DNA from: a virus
Virus record (IMG/VR): IMGVR_UViG_3300037963_004147
Coordinates: 1 to 64,000 of that record
Length of the DNA stretch: 64,000 nt
Direction: 5' to 3' (one strand)
Position 1 is the first letter of the stretch, and the number at the start of each line of letters is the position of its first letter. Of this stretch, positions 1 through 10,174 are shown one piece after another. The notes beneath the pieces are model-generated. The model had not been told where the DNA came from and ran no database searches. It worked only from the letters and a program-made list of their open reading frames with translations. Made by a program: the position numbers and the translations under genes.

Positions 1-1767
1 AATAATAAACATTCTGCCATATTTAAAAAGAGGCAGATTGCATCATCTTATTTCCATATGGGTAAGATAATAAATCAATACTGGTTTGAAGAAGGATCCG
101 TATGCAAAATAGGTGCAAGTCTTAAAGATTATATAAATGATAAAGGTTCTTGGAAGTTTTTAGAAGAGTATAGAGACTTTCTTAATGAGCATACAGCTTG
201 GTATAGACCAAGTAATCCGGAAAAGGTTTTGCTTTGGCAACAACAAATAGAAGTTAGAGTAGGAAATAAAAAAACTAATAAAGGATTAAAGTCTAAAATA
301 CAAGGTGCATCTTTTGAAAAAAATGCAACAACTGGTGTTGGTGGACCTACAACATATTTCTTTCATGAAGAGGCTGGTATTGCCCCAAAGATGATGGATA
401 CATATGAATACCTTAGACCAGCAATGTCTTCAGGAATGATGACTACAGGTATGTTTATTGCAGCTGGATCTGTAGGTGATTTAGATCAATGTAATCCACT
501 AAAGGATATGATCCTTAATCCAACTAACAATGATATATATGCGGTTGAAACCAATCTTCTAGATAAAGATGGAACAAGAGGTCTTTCGGGTTTATTTATT
601 CCAGAACAATGGTCCATGCCACCGTATATTGATGATTATGGTAACTCTAAAGTAGAAGAGGCACTTGAAGCAATAATTAAAGAAAGGGAAGAGTGGAAAG
701 TAAAACTTAATCCAGAACAATACCAACTCAGAATATCTCAAAAGCCAACTAATATTGCAGAGGGATTTGCATATAGAAAAGAATCAATATTCCCACAAGG
801 AATTATCTCAAAACAATTGAAACGTATTGAAGATAAAGAATACAGTTATGAACACATTGAATTAGAAAGAACTCAAGAGGGTATTGAAGCTAAAAGAACT
901 TCTAGACTTCCAATATCTCAATTTCCAGTGGATAAAAAAATGGCTGATAAAAGAGGATGTTTAGTTGTTTGGGAAAGACCATCTAAAAATCCAAACTGGG
1001 GTGCTTACTATGCATCTATTGACCCCGTATCAGAAGGTAAGACTACAACTTCAGACTCATTATGTAGTATTTTTATTTATAAGAATCCTGTTGAAATAAC
1101 CAGGGAAACACCAGAAGGTGTAGAACATATAATAGAAAGAGATAAAATAGTTGCAGCATGGTGTGGTAGATATGATGATATAAATAAAACGCATGCACAA
1201 TTGTTATTAATAATTGAATGGTATAATGCTTGGACTATAGTTGAGAATAATATATCATTGTTTATTCAATACATGATATCAAAGAAAAAGCAAAAGTACT
1301 TAGTTCCTAAGCAACAGATTTTATTCTTAAAAGATATTGGTTCAAACAAAACTGTATATCAAGAATATGGATGGAAGAATACAGGAACATTATTTAAAAG
1401 TCATTTAATATCATATGCCTTAGAATACATAAGAGAAGAGATTCATGAGGAGACAGATGATGATGGAAATGTGTTATCTTCAATTTTAGGTGTTGATAGA
1501 ATACCAGATCCAATGTTATTAAAAGAGATGAAAGAATATTATCCAGGTTTAAACGTGGATAGGTTGGTAGCGTTTTCTGCACTTATAGCTTTTGCTAAGG
1601 TGCAACAATCAAATAGAGGGTATTTGAAAGTTAAAGAAACTGATTCTTCTTTGGAAAAGTCAGAAAATTTGTATAAATTAAAGTATAGTCCGTTTAAAAA
1701 TTTAGGACGTGGAAGAACTGCGTCTAATAAAAGGATTAAAAGATCAGGATATAAAAATTTTAGATAA
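1..1767 (+). CDS. terL: Terminase large subunit (5'-truncated by the window edge)
   Basis: Frame is open from base 1 (NNKHSAIFKKRQIASSYFHM..., Walker-A-like KxRQ). Walker B-like YFFHEEAG and RNase H-like nuclease motifs (ASIDP, IVENN, NVDRL). Lies directly upstream of the portal gene. Confidence 0.93.
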   Translation, partial: NNKHSAIFKKRQIASSYFHMGKIINQYWFEEGSVCKIGASLKDYINDKGSWKFLEEYRDFLNEHTAWYRPSNPEKVLLWQQQIEVRVGNKKTNKGLKSKIQGASFEKNATTGVGGPTTYFFHEEAGIAPKMMDTYEYLRPAMSSGMMTTGMFIAAGSVGDLDQCNPLKDMILNPTNNDIYAVETNLLDKDGTRGLSGLFIPEQWSMPPYIDDYGNSKVEEALEAIIKEREEWKVKLNPEQYQLRISQKPTNIAEGFAYRKESIFPQGIISKQLKRIEDKEYSYEHIELERTQEGIEAKRTSRLPISQFPVDKKMADKRGCLVVWERPSKNPNWGAYYASIDPVSEGKTTTSDSLCSIFIYKNPVEITRETPEGVEHIIERDKIVAAWCGRYDDINKTHAQLLLIIEWYNAWTIVENNISLFIQYMISKKKQKYLVPKQQILFLKDIGSNKTVYQEYGWKNTGTLFKSHLISYALEYIREEIHEETDDDGNVLSSILGVDRIPDPMLLKEMKEYYPGLNVDRLVAFSALIAFAKVQQSNRGYLKVKETDSSLEKSENLYKLKYSPFKNLGRGRTASNKRIKRSGYKNFR

Positions 1768-4524
1768 ATGAAGGTAGTAAATGCAATGCAATTAAAAGCT
1801 GGTGTAAAAGCTGAAGGTTATCCAACCTCATCTAGCCTTACACAACCAATACAATTCTTACCTACAAAAAAGAAAGATGATGATTGGGCAGCATGGAATT
1901 TAGATTGGTTAGAACTTCAAGGTATTCAGTTTTTAAGAAGTAATGCAAGACGTTTATTAAAAAATTATAAACTAGCAAAAGGAATAATTGATAAAACGGA
2001 TTACATTGTTGAAGAAGATAATGAGTATAAAGATTTAATGGATGTTTTAACAAAAGAAGATTCTTCAGCTTTAGAACTAAAATTTTATCCTATTATACCT
2101 AATGTAGTAAATGTTTTATGTGGCGAGTTTTCTAAAAGATATTCTAAAGTTCAATTTAGAGCAGTAGATAATACATCATATAATGAAATGCTTGAGCAAA
2201 AACGTGCTATGGTTGAAGAAAACTTATTAGCTGATGCTGAAGCTAAGTTAACAGCTAAGATGCTTGAGATGGGTATGGATCCTGCATCAGAAGAAGCACA
2301 ACAACAACTATCTCCAGAAAATATAAAATCATTACCTGAAATAGAGGACTTCTTTTCTATGGACTATAGAAGTATGGTAGAAGAATGGGCATCTCATCAA
2401 TTAAATGTTGATGAAGAAAGATTTAAGATGCAAGAACTAGAAGAAAGAGGATTTAGAGATTCTCTTATTTCAGATAGAGAATTCTGGCATTTTAAAATGA
2501 TGGAAGATGATTATGATGTAGAGCTGTGGAATCCTGTGTTAACATTCTACCAAAAATCTCCAGACACTAGATATATATCAAATTCTAATTATGCAGGTAA
2601 AGTAGATTTAATGACTGTAGCGGATGTTATAGATAAATATGGATATCTTATGACAGAAAAACAATTGCATTCATTACAAGAAATATATCCTGCAAGATCT
2701 GCAATGTACCAAGTTGGAGGAATGCAAAATGATGGTTCATATTATGATCCTTCTAGATCTCATGAATGGAATACACAAATGCCAGGACTAGCTTATAGAC
2801 AATATGTAAGTAACTGGTCTGATGATCCAGCTAAAGGTGGTGATATTGTTAGTGCTATTTTAAATGAAAGTGAAGATTTAGAAATGTGGGGTGAATCAGA
2901 ACTAATGCGTGTTACAACAGTATACTGGAAAACACAACGTAAGTTAGGTCATCTTACTAGAATTAAACCTGATGGTGAGATTATTCAAGAAATAATTGAT
3001 GAAAATTATAAGGTTACAGAAAAACCTATATATGATACTTCAGTATTTAAACAAAAATCAAAAGAAAACTTATTAGAGGGAGAGCATATTGATTGGATAT
3101 GGATTAATGAAGTATGGGGTGGTGTAAAAATTGGTCCTAATTTGCCAGCATTTTGGAGATCAAATATGGCTGATAATATAAATCCAATATACTTAGGTAT
3201 AAATAGAACTAAACCTGGAAGAGTTCCTTTCCAATTTAAAGGAGACAGTACTCTTTATGGATGTAAGCTTCCAATTGAAGGTAGAGTATTTTCTGATAGA
3301 AATACTAGATCTACATCATTAGTTGATTTAATGAAAGCATATCAAGTAGGTTATAATATGGTTAATAACCAAATTGCTGATATATTAATAGATGAACTTG
3401 GAACAGTAATTATGTTTGATCAAAATGCTTTACCAAGACATTCTATGGGTGAAGATTGGGGTAAGCATAATTATGCTAAGGCGTATGTAGCCATGAAAGA
3501 TTTTCAAATGCTTCCTTTAGATACATCTATTACTAATACAGAAAATGCTACAAACTTCAATCATTATCAAACTCTAAACATGGAGCAAACTAATAGATTG
3601 ATGTCAAGAATCCAACTAGCAAATTACTTTAAACAACAAGCTTTTGATGCAATAGGTGTAAATCCTCAACGTTTAGGGGCTCCTATGGGTAATGAGACTG
3701 CAACTGGTGTTGTTAATGCAATGAATCAATCTTATGCACAAACAGAGATATATTTTACACAGCATGCAGATCAACTTATGCCAAGAGTACATCAGATGCG
3801 TACAGATCTAGCTCAATTTTATCATAGCACTAATCCAAGTGTTAGATTAAGTTATATAACAACAGAAGCTGAAAAAGTAAACTTTGTAATTAATGGCACA
3901 GATCTTTTACTTAGAGATTTTAATATATTCTCTACAACTAAAACTAATCATAGACAAATTCTTGAGCAATTAAAACAAATGGCTCTTCAGAATAATACTA
4001 CTGGTGCTAGCATTTATGATCTTGGAAATATTATAAAAGCTGAGTCAATTGCTGAGGTATCAGACATTCTTAAAGATGCTGAGATAAAAACTCAAGCTCA
4101 GAGACAAGAGGAAATGCAGCAACAAGAAAGAATGCAGCAAGAGCAAATTCAAGCTAGACAACAAGAAGAGCAAATGAAACTTGCAATGCAACAAGAAGAA
4201 GCAGATAAAGAAAGACAAAAAGATATTATGGTTGCTGAGATAAGAGCTGCTGGCTATGGATCAATGCAAGATATAAATGAAAATCAAGTATCTGACTTTA
4301 AAGATGCAATGGATGATATGAAAGAAACAGCACGTTACAGAGAACAAATGGATATGAAACGTGAAGAAAGTGTCATGAAGAGAGGTGAGAATAGAGAGAA
4401 AATGCAGATTGAAAGAGAAAGATTAAATACTCAAAAGAGTATAGCTCAAACTAATTTAGAGATTGCTAGAGAAAATAAGAATAAGTATGATGTTAAACCT
4501 AACAAGGATAAAAAGAAAAAGTAA
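1768..4524 (+). CDS. Portal protein (crAss-like)
   Basis: 918 aa, abuts terL. YPIIPNVVNVLCGE, SLVDLMKAYQVGYN and GVNPQRLG..ETATGV segments plus a long C-terminal Q/E-rich coiled coil, typical of crAss-like portals. Confidence 0.88.
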   Translation: MKVVNAMQLKAGVKAEGYPTSSSLTQPIQFLPTKKKDDDWAAWNLDWLELQGIQFLRSNARRLLKNYKLAKGIIDKTDYIVEEDNEYKDLMDVLTKEDSSALELKFYPIIPNVVNVLCGEFSKRYSKVQFRAVDNTSYNEMLEQKRAMVEENLLADAEAKLTAKMLEMGMDPASEEAQQQLSPENIKSLPEIEDFFSMDYRSMVEEWASHQLNVDEERFKMQELEERGFRDSLISDREFWHFKMMEDDYDVELWNPVLTFYQKSPDTRYISNSNYAGKVDLMTVADVIDKYGYLMTEKQLHSLQEIYPARSAMYQVGGMQNDGSYYDPSRSHEWNTQMPGLAYRQYVSNWSDDPAKGGDIVSAILNESEDLEMWGESELMRVTTVYWKTQRKLGHLTRIKPDGEIIQEIIDENYKVTEKPIYDTSVFKQKSKENLLEGEHIDWIWINEVWGGVKIGPNLPAFWRSNMADNINPIYLGINRTKPGRVPFQFKGDSTLYGCKLPIEGRVFSDRNTRSTSLVDLMKAYQVGYNMVNNQIADILIDELGTVIMFDQNALPRHSMGEDWGKHNYAKAYVAMKDFQMLPLDTSITNTENATNFNHYQTLNMEQTNRLMSRIQLANYFKQQAFDAIGVNPQRLGAPMGNETATGVVNAMNQSYAQTEIYFTQHADQLMPRVHQMRTDLAQFYHSTNPSVRLSYITTEAEKVNFVINGTDLLLRDFNIFSTTKTNHRQILEQLKQMALQNNTTGASIYDLGNIIKAESIAEVSDILKDAEIKTQAQRQEEMQQQERMQQEQIQARQQEEQMKLAMQQEEADKERQKDIMVAEIRAAGYGSMQDINENQVSDFKDAMDDMKETARYREQMDMKREESVMKRGENREKMQIERERLNTQKSIAQTNLEIARENKNKYDVKPNKDKKKK

Positions 4525-4634
4525 CATTAACTTATCATTTCATAAATAAAGTTTATGTAAAATCAACGTTAGCTATTATATTGCAAAAAATAATTTATTT
4601 ATTTCAAATTTTGTAAGTTTATTTAAAAAGATTG

Positions 4635-4646
4635 TTTTATATTATA
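4635..4646 (+). promoter_or_regulatory. Candidate late promoter, variant (TTTTATATTATA)
   Basis: Matches the TAwATTAT core repeated in other intergenic gaps; upstream of the scaffold-MCP genes. Confidence 0.45.
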
Positions 4647-4694
4647 TATGATAGTATTTCAATTTTGAATATTAATTTTTAAAACCAACATAAA

Positions 4695-6002
4695 ATGAGT
4701 GAAGAAAATAACACTGTGGAAAGTAAAGTAGAAACTGTAGATGTAGATATTGATGCAATATTTGGTGCAACAACTGATAGTGTTGTAGTACCAGAAGAAA
4801 AGAAGCCCAATGTCATGAGCCGTCCATCAACTGAGGTTGATATGAACTTTACTGAACCTACAAAAAATACAGAAACTATTGATAATACTAATGATTCAGA
4901 AACTCCAGAAGCAGAGAAAGGCGGAGAAGAACCTACAGCATCTGAAACACAAGTTAAAGCTGAAGGTAATGATATCATTGATACCTTTACAGAAATTGAT
5001 GAAGAATTAGATGAGACAGAAGAAGTTAAATCTGAAACTAAGAAAACAGAAACAAGAGGTAGAAAAAAAATAGAAGGTATATCAGATGTTTTTAATTCTT
5101 TAATTAAGAAAGAAAAAGTATTTGCTTTTGAAGATGATAAGGGATTTGAAGAATATTCAGCTAAAGACTGGGAAGAACTTATTGAAGCAAATATTGAAGA
5201 AGCTAAAAATCAAGTTAGACGTGAAACACCAAAGCAATTTTTTGAAGCATTACCTAATGAATTAAAGGTGGCTGCTAGATATGTTGCTGATGGAGGAACA
5301 GATTTAAAAGGATTATTTAGAACTTTAGCTCAAGCTGAAGAAACTTATGATTTAGACGTTAGTACTACCAAGGGTCAAGAAGATATTATAATGCAATATC
5401 TATCTGCCACAGGTTATGGTACTCAAGAAGAAATCAACGAAGAAATTGAAATTTGGAAGGATTTAGGTAAACTAGAACAACAAGCTTCCAAGTTTAAACC
5501 AAAATTGGATAAGATGCAAGAAAAAGTTGTAGCTCAAAAATTGCAAGAGCAAGAAATGAAGCAGAAGCAACAAGAGAAAGCATCTAAACAATACATGCAC
5601 AATGTTTATGAAACTTTAAAAGGTGGAGCAATTGGTGATCTAAAGTTAGATAAAAGAACACAGTCATTATTATATAATGGTTTGGTTCAACCAGCATATC
5701 CATCTGTAAGTGGAAAAAACACTAACCTATTAGGTCATTTATTAGAAAAGTATCAATTCCAGGAGCCAAATTATCAATTGATAAGTGAAGCTCTATGGTT
5801 ACTTGCAGATCCGAAAGGATATAAAAGTAAGATAATGGAAAAAGGTGCCAAAGCAAGTGTAGAGAAAACAGTTAGAAAATTAAAAACTGAACAAGCAAAT
5901 AGAAGCGGTGCTTCTATGGGAGTTCAGGAAACTGAAGCTAAAAGAACTGCTCCTGCTAAGAAAAAACTAAAAAGAGCTAATAATTTTTTCAAACGGATTT
6001 AA
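4695..6002 (+). CDS. Conserved crAss-like protein between portal and MCP, putative scaffolding protein
   Basis: Very acidic disordered N-terminus, helical/coiled-coil body, basic C-terminus; position directly upstream of MCP. Confidence 0.65.
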   Translation: MSEENNTVESKVETVDVDIDAIFGATTDSVVVPEEKKPNVMSRPSTEVDMNFTEPTKNTETIDNTNDSETPEAEKGGEEPTASETQVKAEGNDIIDTFTEIDEELDETEEVKSETKKTETRGRKKIEGISDVFNSLIKKEKVFAFEDDKGFEEYSAKDWEELIEANIEEAKNQVRRETPKQFFEALPNELKVAARYVADGGTDLKGLFRTLAQAEETYDLDVSTTKGQEDIIMQYLSATGYGTQEEINEEIEIWKDLGKLEQQASKFKPKLDKMQEKVVAQKLQEQEMKQKQQEKASKQYMHNVYETLKGGAIGDLKLDKRTQSLLYNGLVQPAYPSVSGKNTNLLGHLLEKYQFQEPNYQLISEALWLLADPKGYKSKIMEKGAKASVEKTVRKLKTEQANRSGASMGVQETEAKRTAPAKKKLKRANNFFKRI

Positions 6003-6044
6003 TAATCAATAATATAAATTAATAACAATCAAAAACAATCAATT

Positions 6045-7664
6045 ATGGCAACTCCAGTATTAAACAATGGAATTTTCCTTAGAGATACAGCTTATAAAGC
6101 TAGTTCTCACATTGATTCTTATCACTTGTCTCAGATGCTTGGTAGCTCTGAGCCTATGGATATGGGTCCAGTTGATTTGTGGGCAATGACTCAAAAAGTT
6201 GAAATGCCTCTTTATCAAATGGCTTCATTCGGTGGTAAGAACACAATTATGGTAGACAATGCTCGCGGTGAGTATAAGTGGCAAACACCTATTGCACAAG
6301 ATCTTCCTTTTGTAGTTTCAAACATTGAAGCTTCAACTGATCTTGGTGGTGATGGTACTACTTTTAGAATTAAACTTTCTAAGAGAGCTTTTGGTCACGG
6401 TGACATTATTACCTATGATAAGTATAATGGTTTAGAACTTTATATCACTGCTGAGGATATTATTCCTGCAGGTGATGGTTTTATCTACACTTGTCAATTA
6501 GTAAATAACAATAGTGCTGCTACGTTAGACGCTACTAAGTATCTAGTTTCTGGAACTAAGTACTTTAGAAAAGGTTCTGCACGTGGTGAGTACGGTGAAA
6601 GATTTTCTGACATTGAGACAGGATCTGGTTTCCGTGAGTTCTACAACTTTGTAGGAGGAGCTGAAGCACACGTTCACTATTCTATTTCTTCTAGAGCTGA
6701 TTTGATGCTTAAAGGTGGAATGAATGCTGATGGTACTGTTCCTGTAACAGAGATCTGGAGAAACTTTAACCAAGATCCTAACAATCCTTCTGTTTCTTCT
6801 ATTGAAGAATTAGTAGCTAATATGGGTAAAGCAGGTGCTAGAGAAGCATTTGAAAGTGGTCAATTATCAAGAACCTTCCTTACAAATATGGAAGCTGCAC
6901 ATCTTTCTAAGATTGCAAATGATATTGAAACTTACCTAATGTGGGGTAAAGGTGGTAGAGTTAAACAAGACGGTCCAGATGATATTAGATTATCTGTTGG
7001 TTTATGGTCACAGTTGGATAACTCATTTAAAAGAGTATACAACAAGTCATCATTTACACTTGACATGTTTAAATCTGAGCTTTACAACTTCTACCAAGGA
7101 AAAGTTGAGTTCAAAGGGCCAGACCCACAGAGACAACTTATTGTACAAACAGGTATTGGAGGAATGCAATTAATTAACAAAGCTATTGCTGATGAAGTAT
7201 ATGGTTCTGGATTAGTTCAAAATGCTTCTGATATTGGTGCAGTAACTGGACAGGGTATGGATCTTGACTTTGGTTTTGCTTATACAAGCTTTACTATTCC
7301 TTTCCTTGCTAATGTTAAGTTTGTACTTAACCCAGCATTTGATAACTTACACACTAATGATATTGAGAATCCATTAATTGATGGAAGACCATTGAGCTCA
7401 TTTAGCTTTATCATTTTTGATGTAACTGATGGAGGAAATGACAACATTCACTTGTTGAAGCTTTCTTGGGATAATCAACTTAAATGGTTCTACCAAAATG
7501 GTACAATGGATTATATGGGAAGAACGCAAGGATTTGCTTCTACCGGACAATTCAATGGATATAGAGTTTATATGACTCAGTCCATGCCTGCTGTTTGGGT
7601 TAAGGATCCAACTAAAGTTCTAAAAATTGTAATGAGAAACCCAGTTACGGGAGGATCATTCTAA
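6045..7664 (+). CDS. Major capsid protein (crAss-like, HK97 fold)
   Basis: 539 aa, strongly biased codon usage, followed by a strong terminator. Position in the terL-portal-scaffold-MCP block; VKFVLNPAFD and VWVKDPTK segments resemble crAss-like MCPs. Confidence 0.9.
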   Translation: MATPVLNNGIFLRDTAYKASSHIDSYHLSQMLGSSEPMDMGPVDLWAMTQKVEMPLYQMASFGGKNTIMVDNARGEYKWQTPIAQDLPFVVSNIEASTDLGGDGTTFRIKLSKRAFGHGDIITYDKYNGLELYITAEDIIPAGDGFIYTCQLVNNNSAATLDATKYLVSGTKYFRKGSARGEYGERFSDIETGSGFREFYNFVGGAEAHVHYSISSRADLMLKGGMNADGTVPVTEIWRNFNQDPNNPSVSSIEELVANMGKAGAREAFESGQLSRTFLTNMEAAHLSKIANDIETYLMWGKGGRVKQDGPDDIRLSVGLWSQLDNSFKRVYNKSSFTLDMFKSELYNFYQGKVEFKGPDPQRQLIVQTGIGGMQLINKAIADEVYGSGLVQNASDIGAVTGQGMDLDFGFAYTSFTIPFLANVKFVLNPAFDNLHTNDIENPLIDGRPLSSFSFIIFDVTDGGNDNIHLLKLSWDNQLKWFYQNGTMDYMGRTQGFASTGQFNGYRVYMTQSMPAVWVKDPTKVLKIVMRNPVTGGSF

Positions 7665-7672
7665 ATTAATAT

Positions 7673-7702
7673 AAGGGGGAGGTTATCCTCCCCTTTTTTT
7701 TT
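7673..7702 (+). terminator. Rho-independent terminator after MCP
   Basis: GGGGAGG-TTAT-CCTCCCC followed by T9. Confidence 0.88.
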
Positions 7703-7722
7703 AACTTATAAAATTAGAACAA

Positions 7723-8406
7723 ATGAAATTCCTAAAAAAAATAATTAAACAAAAACCTGATAAATATATCAAGGATGCACCAGGAGCAAATCTTGCAACA
7801 ATTGCTTCTGTAAACAATGTGGTTGATGAAAGCAACGCAGCACTAGATTTAGTTGCTGATAAGGTAATTATACCTGCAGGAAATTCATCTGCAGATTTAC
7901 CTCCAATAACTCTTAAAAAAACTTCAACATCTTTTACTTATCCGGATGGAACTAAGTTGCAGGGATATTCAATACTTGGTTCTGCTTTGTTAAGTGGACA
8001 AAGTACATATAGTATACCTCAGTGTACACTAACTATTCCTTGTGTAGTAGCTCCAAATCTTGAGCCAGATTCTGATGACGAAGAATTATGTTTAGCTGGA
8101 TTTTATATTGCATATAAAACAACTGGTGCAGTAAAATGTATGGTAAATGATGGTGAAGATGAACCTACTGAATTTGAAATAGTAAATGATTTTTCATCAG
8201 GTGCAGATTTAAGAAGAGAATCTGATGGTCAAGCTCAACAAACAGCATACGTAGGTCTTTTCCTTGAAGAGACTGAAGCAGGATCTGGTATTTATACTGT
8301 AAGTCTTGATGTAGAAGCTGGTGCAGGTGCTGGACCTTCATCTGGTGAAGTATTTTATCAGTTTGAATTCTTAGTGTATGATGATATTACACCTTCAATT
8401 ACTTAA
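7723..8406 (+). CDS. Hypothetical protein, possibly capsid-associated (beta-rich acidic C-terminal domain)
   Basis: 227-aa ORF with A-rich leader directly after MCP; no recognisable catalytic motif. Confidence 0.6.
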   Translation: MKFLKKIIKQKPDKYIKDAPGANLATIASVNNVVDESNAALDLVADKVIIPAGNSSADLPPITLKKTSTSFTYPDGTKLQGYSILGSALLSGQSTYSIPQCTLTIPCVVAPNLEPDSDDEELCLAGFYIAYKTTGAVKCMVNDGEDEPTEFEIVNDFSSGADLRRESDGQAQQTAYVGLFLEETEAGSGIYTVSLDVEAGAGAGPSSGEVFYQFEFLVYDDITPSIT

Positions 8407-8425
8407 CTTATAAAAATTAGAAATT

Positions 8426-9034
8426 ATGCCAGAAATAGAAAAATACGCACCAGAGGTGTACGCAGAAAAAAGAGTTCAAGAGTTGGCTTTCAAAGAAGAT
8501 GCGGATCTTACAACAAACTTTGCAACTGAAGATAGAGCTGTAGCTTTTGTATATGATGCAGAACTGACTCCTGCTCAATTAGAAAAGAGAAGAGAGGCTG
8601 GTCTTGATGTACCAGGTTTAACTAGGCCTACAGAGAAAGTTCTTCAAGTAGCAGAAGGAGAGTTTACAGTAATTAAAGATGATGCAACTAAAAGTGATGA
8701 TATAAGAGCAGCTGCAGAAATTCTTAAGAGGAGATCAAGCATAGATAGAGAAAGAGTGATCAGAGAAAGACTTAAAAAACCTTTTAGGTTTGCAAAGTCA
8801 GCTGACATGTTTAGAAGTATGTCTTTAACTGTGAAGCCTGCTCCAGATACTGCAGAATTTGCAAAAATAGAGAGATATAGTGCACATTATGAAAAGATGG
8901 TAAGCTATTTATCTACTAGATTTTCTTCAACTGCAGGATTTGCTGATAGGCTTTTATCAGCTAAAGAAGGTGCTGACAAAGATCTTACAGCTCCTGTTGA
9001 GAAAAAAATCAAGTATTCAGCAATACCTGCATAA
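8426..9034 (+). CDS. Hypothetical protein (helical, charged)
   Basis: 202-aa ORF; leader nearly identical to that of 7723. Confidence 0.6.
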   Translation: MPEIEKYAPEVYAEKRVQELAFKEDADLTTNFATEDRAVAFVYDAELTPAQLEKRREAGLDVPGLTRPTEKVLQVAEGEFTVIKDDATKSDDIRAAAEILKRRSSIDRERVIRERLKKPFRFAKSADMFRSMSLTVKPAPDTAEFAKIERYSAHYEKMVSYLSTRFSSTAGFADRLLSAKEGADKDLTAPVEKKIKYSAIPA

Positions 9035-9036
9035 CT

Positions 9037-9127
9037 TTATTACTCAAATAACTATTGCCGGTTTAATTACCGGCATTAGAAATATTAATTAATAAGTGTA
9101 CATAATTATGTACTTTTGAGTAAATAA
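9037..9127 (+). promoter_or_regulatory. Candidate structured RNA leader (multi-stem junction)
   Basis: Outer stem TACTCAAA(9041-9048)/TTTGAGTA(9115-9122) encloses TGCCGGT-TTAATT-ACCGGCA (9056-9075) and the palindromes TATTAATTAATA (9083-9094) and GTACATAATTATGTAC (9098-9113). Confidence 0.55.
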
Positions 9128-9153
9128 TAATTAATAATTAAAACCAAACAAAA

Positions 9154-10170
9154 ATGGAAGAATACACAATTGTAGAAAAATACCAACAAGGTAAAGACAA
9201 AACTATTGCAATAAGACCTTACTTTAACGCTGATAAAGAAAATATGGGTCTTGAAAATTATGGAATGTCACTTCATGATGGAGTATGGCATGAAGAAAGT
9301 TTAGCATGTTTAGAAATGAATGGTGTTAAAAGATATGTTACAGGACTAAATGAATTTGCACCAGAAGTTAAAAGATTATCTCCTGGTGAAAAAGAGATTA
9401 AAGTTAAAGAGATTAGGGGTGTTGTTGCACAACTAGAAGCTGAACTTGCAGCTAATATTATTGATCCAGAAGATAAAGACTTTTGGAACAAGGTTAATTT
9501 ACTTAAACCAGATAATGATAAATTTTGGTCAAAAATTAGTTTACGTTGTGGTAATGATCCTGTGTATTTAGATCCTGCTAAAGACCCGTATGATTTAATT
9601 AAATTATATGCAATTAATGCGGGTGGATTTTCAATGATATCTAGATCACTTAAAGATGCTAAAAAGAAACCAAATCCAACTAAATTTTATTTAGATCAGC
9701 TAGAAGAAAGTGTATCTACAAGAACTGAATATAAAAAGCTTAAGAATAAAGCTCTTGTTGAACTAGAAAAACTTTATGATAAATCATCTACAAAACTAAT
9801 GTATGTTGCAAAAGTTGTTGATGCAGATAGTGTTCAATATACAGAGACTTTATCTAAAGAGATCATATATGAAAACATGGATATGTTTATAAATGGTGAA
9901 GGTACTGAATCTAATAGAAAAAGAGCAGCTCAGTCATTTATTGATGCTTCTAAATCAAAAATGGAAGATTTAAAAATTAGAGCTTTAGTTAAAGATGCAA
10001 TGTTCTATAGATTTATTTTAGCAAAACCATCAGGATGGATTGAAACATTAGATAGTGGTATTAGATTAGGAAAAGTTCCTAGTGAAGTACTAACTTTCTT
10101 AAAGAATCCAGAACATGATGAAATATTAAAAACATTAATGGATAAGGTTGAACCTTATTGGAAATCATAA
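9154..10170 (+). CDS. Conserved crAss-like protein downstream of MCP (gene-75-like, function unknown)
   Basis: 338 aa; RYVTGL, FW..I.L and LD...PYD segments plus gene order. Confidence 0.65.
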   Translation: MEEYTIVEKYQQGKDKTIAIRPYFNADKENMGLENYGMSLHDGVWHEESLACLEMNGVKRYVTGLNEFAPEVKRLSPGEKEIKVKEIRGVVAQLEAELAANIIDPEDKDFWNKVNLLKPDNDKFWSKISLRCGNDPVYLDPAKDPYDLIKLYAINAGGFSMISRSLKDAKKKPNPTKFYLDQLEESVSTRTEYKKLKNKALVELEKLYDKSSTKLMYVAKVVDADSVQYTETLSKEIIYENMDMFINGEGTESNRKRAAQSFIDASKSKMEDLKIRALVKDAMFYRFILAKPSGWIETLDSGIRLGKVPSEVLTFLKNPEHDEILKTLMDKVEPYWKS

Positions 10171-10174
10171 TTAA

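Noticed and set aside
9056-9075. GC hairpin as an intrinsic terminator or tRNA remnant
   Set aside because: No U-tract on either strand and no D/T-loop consensus; retained only as part of the larger structure.
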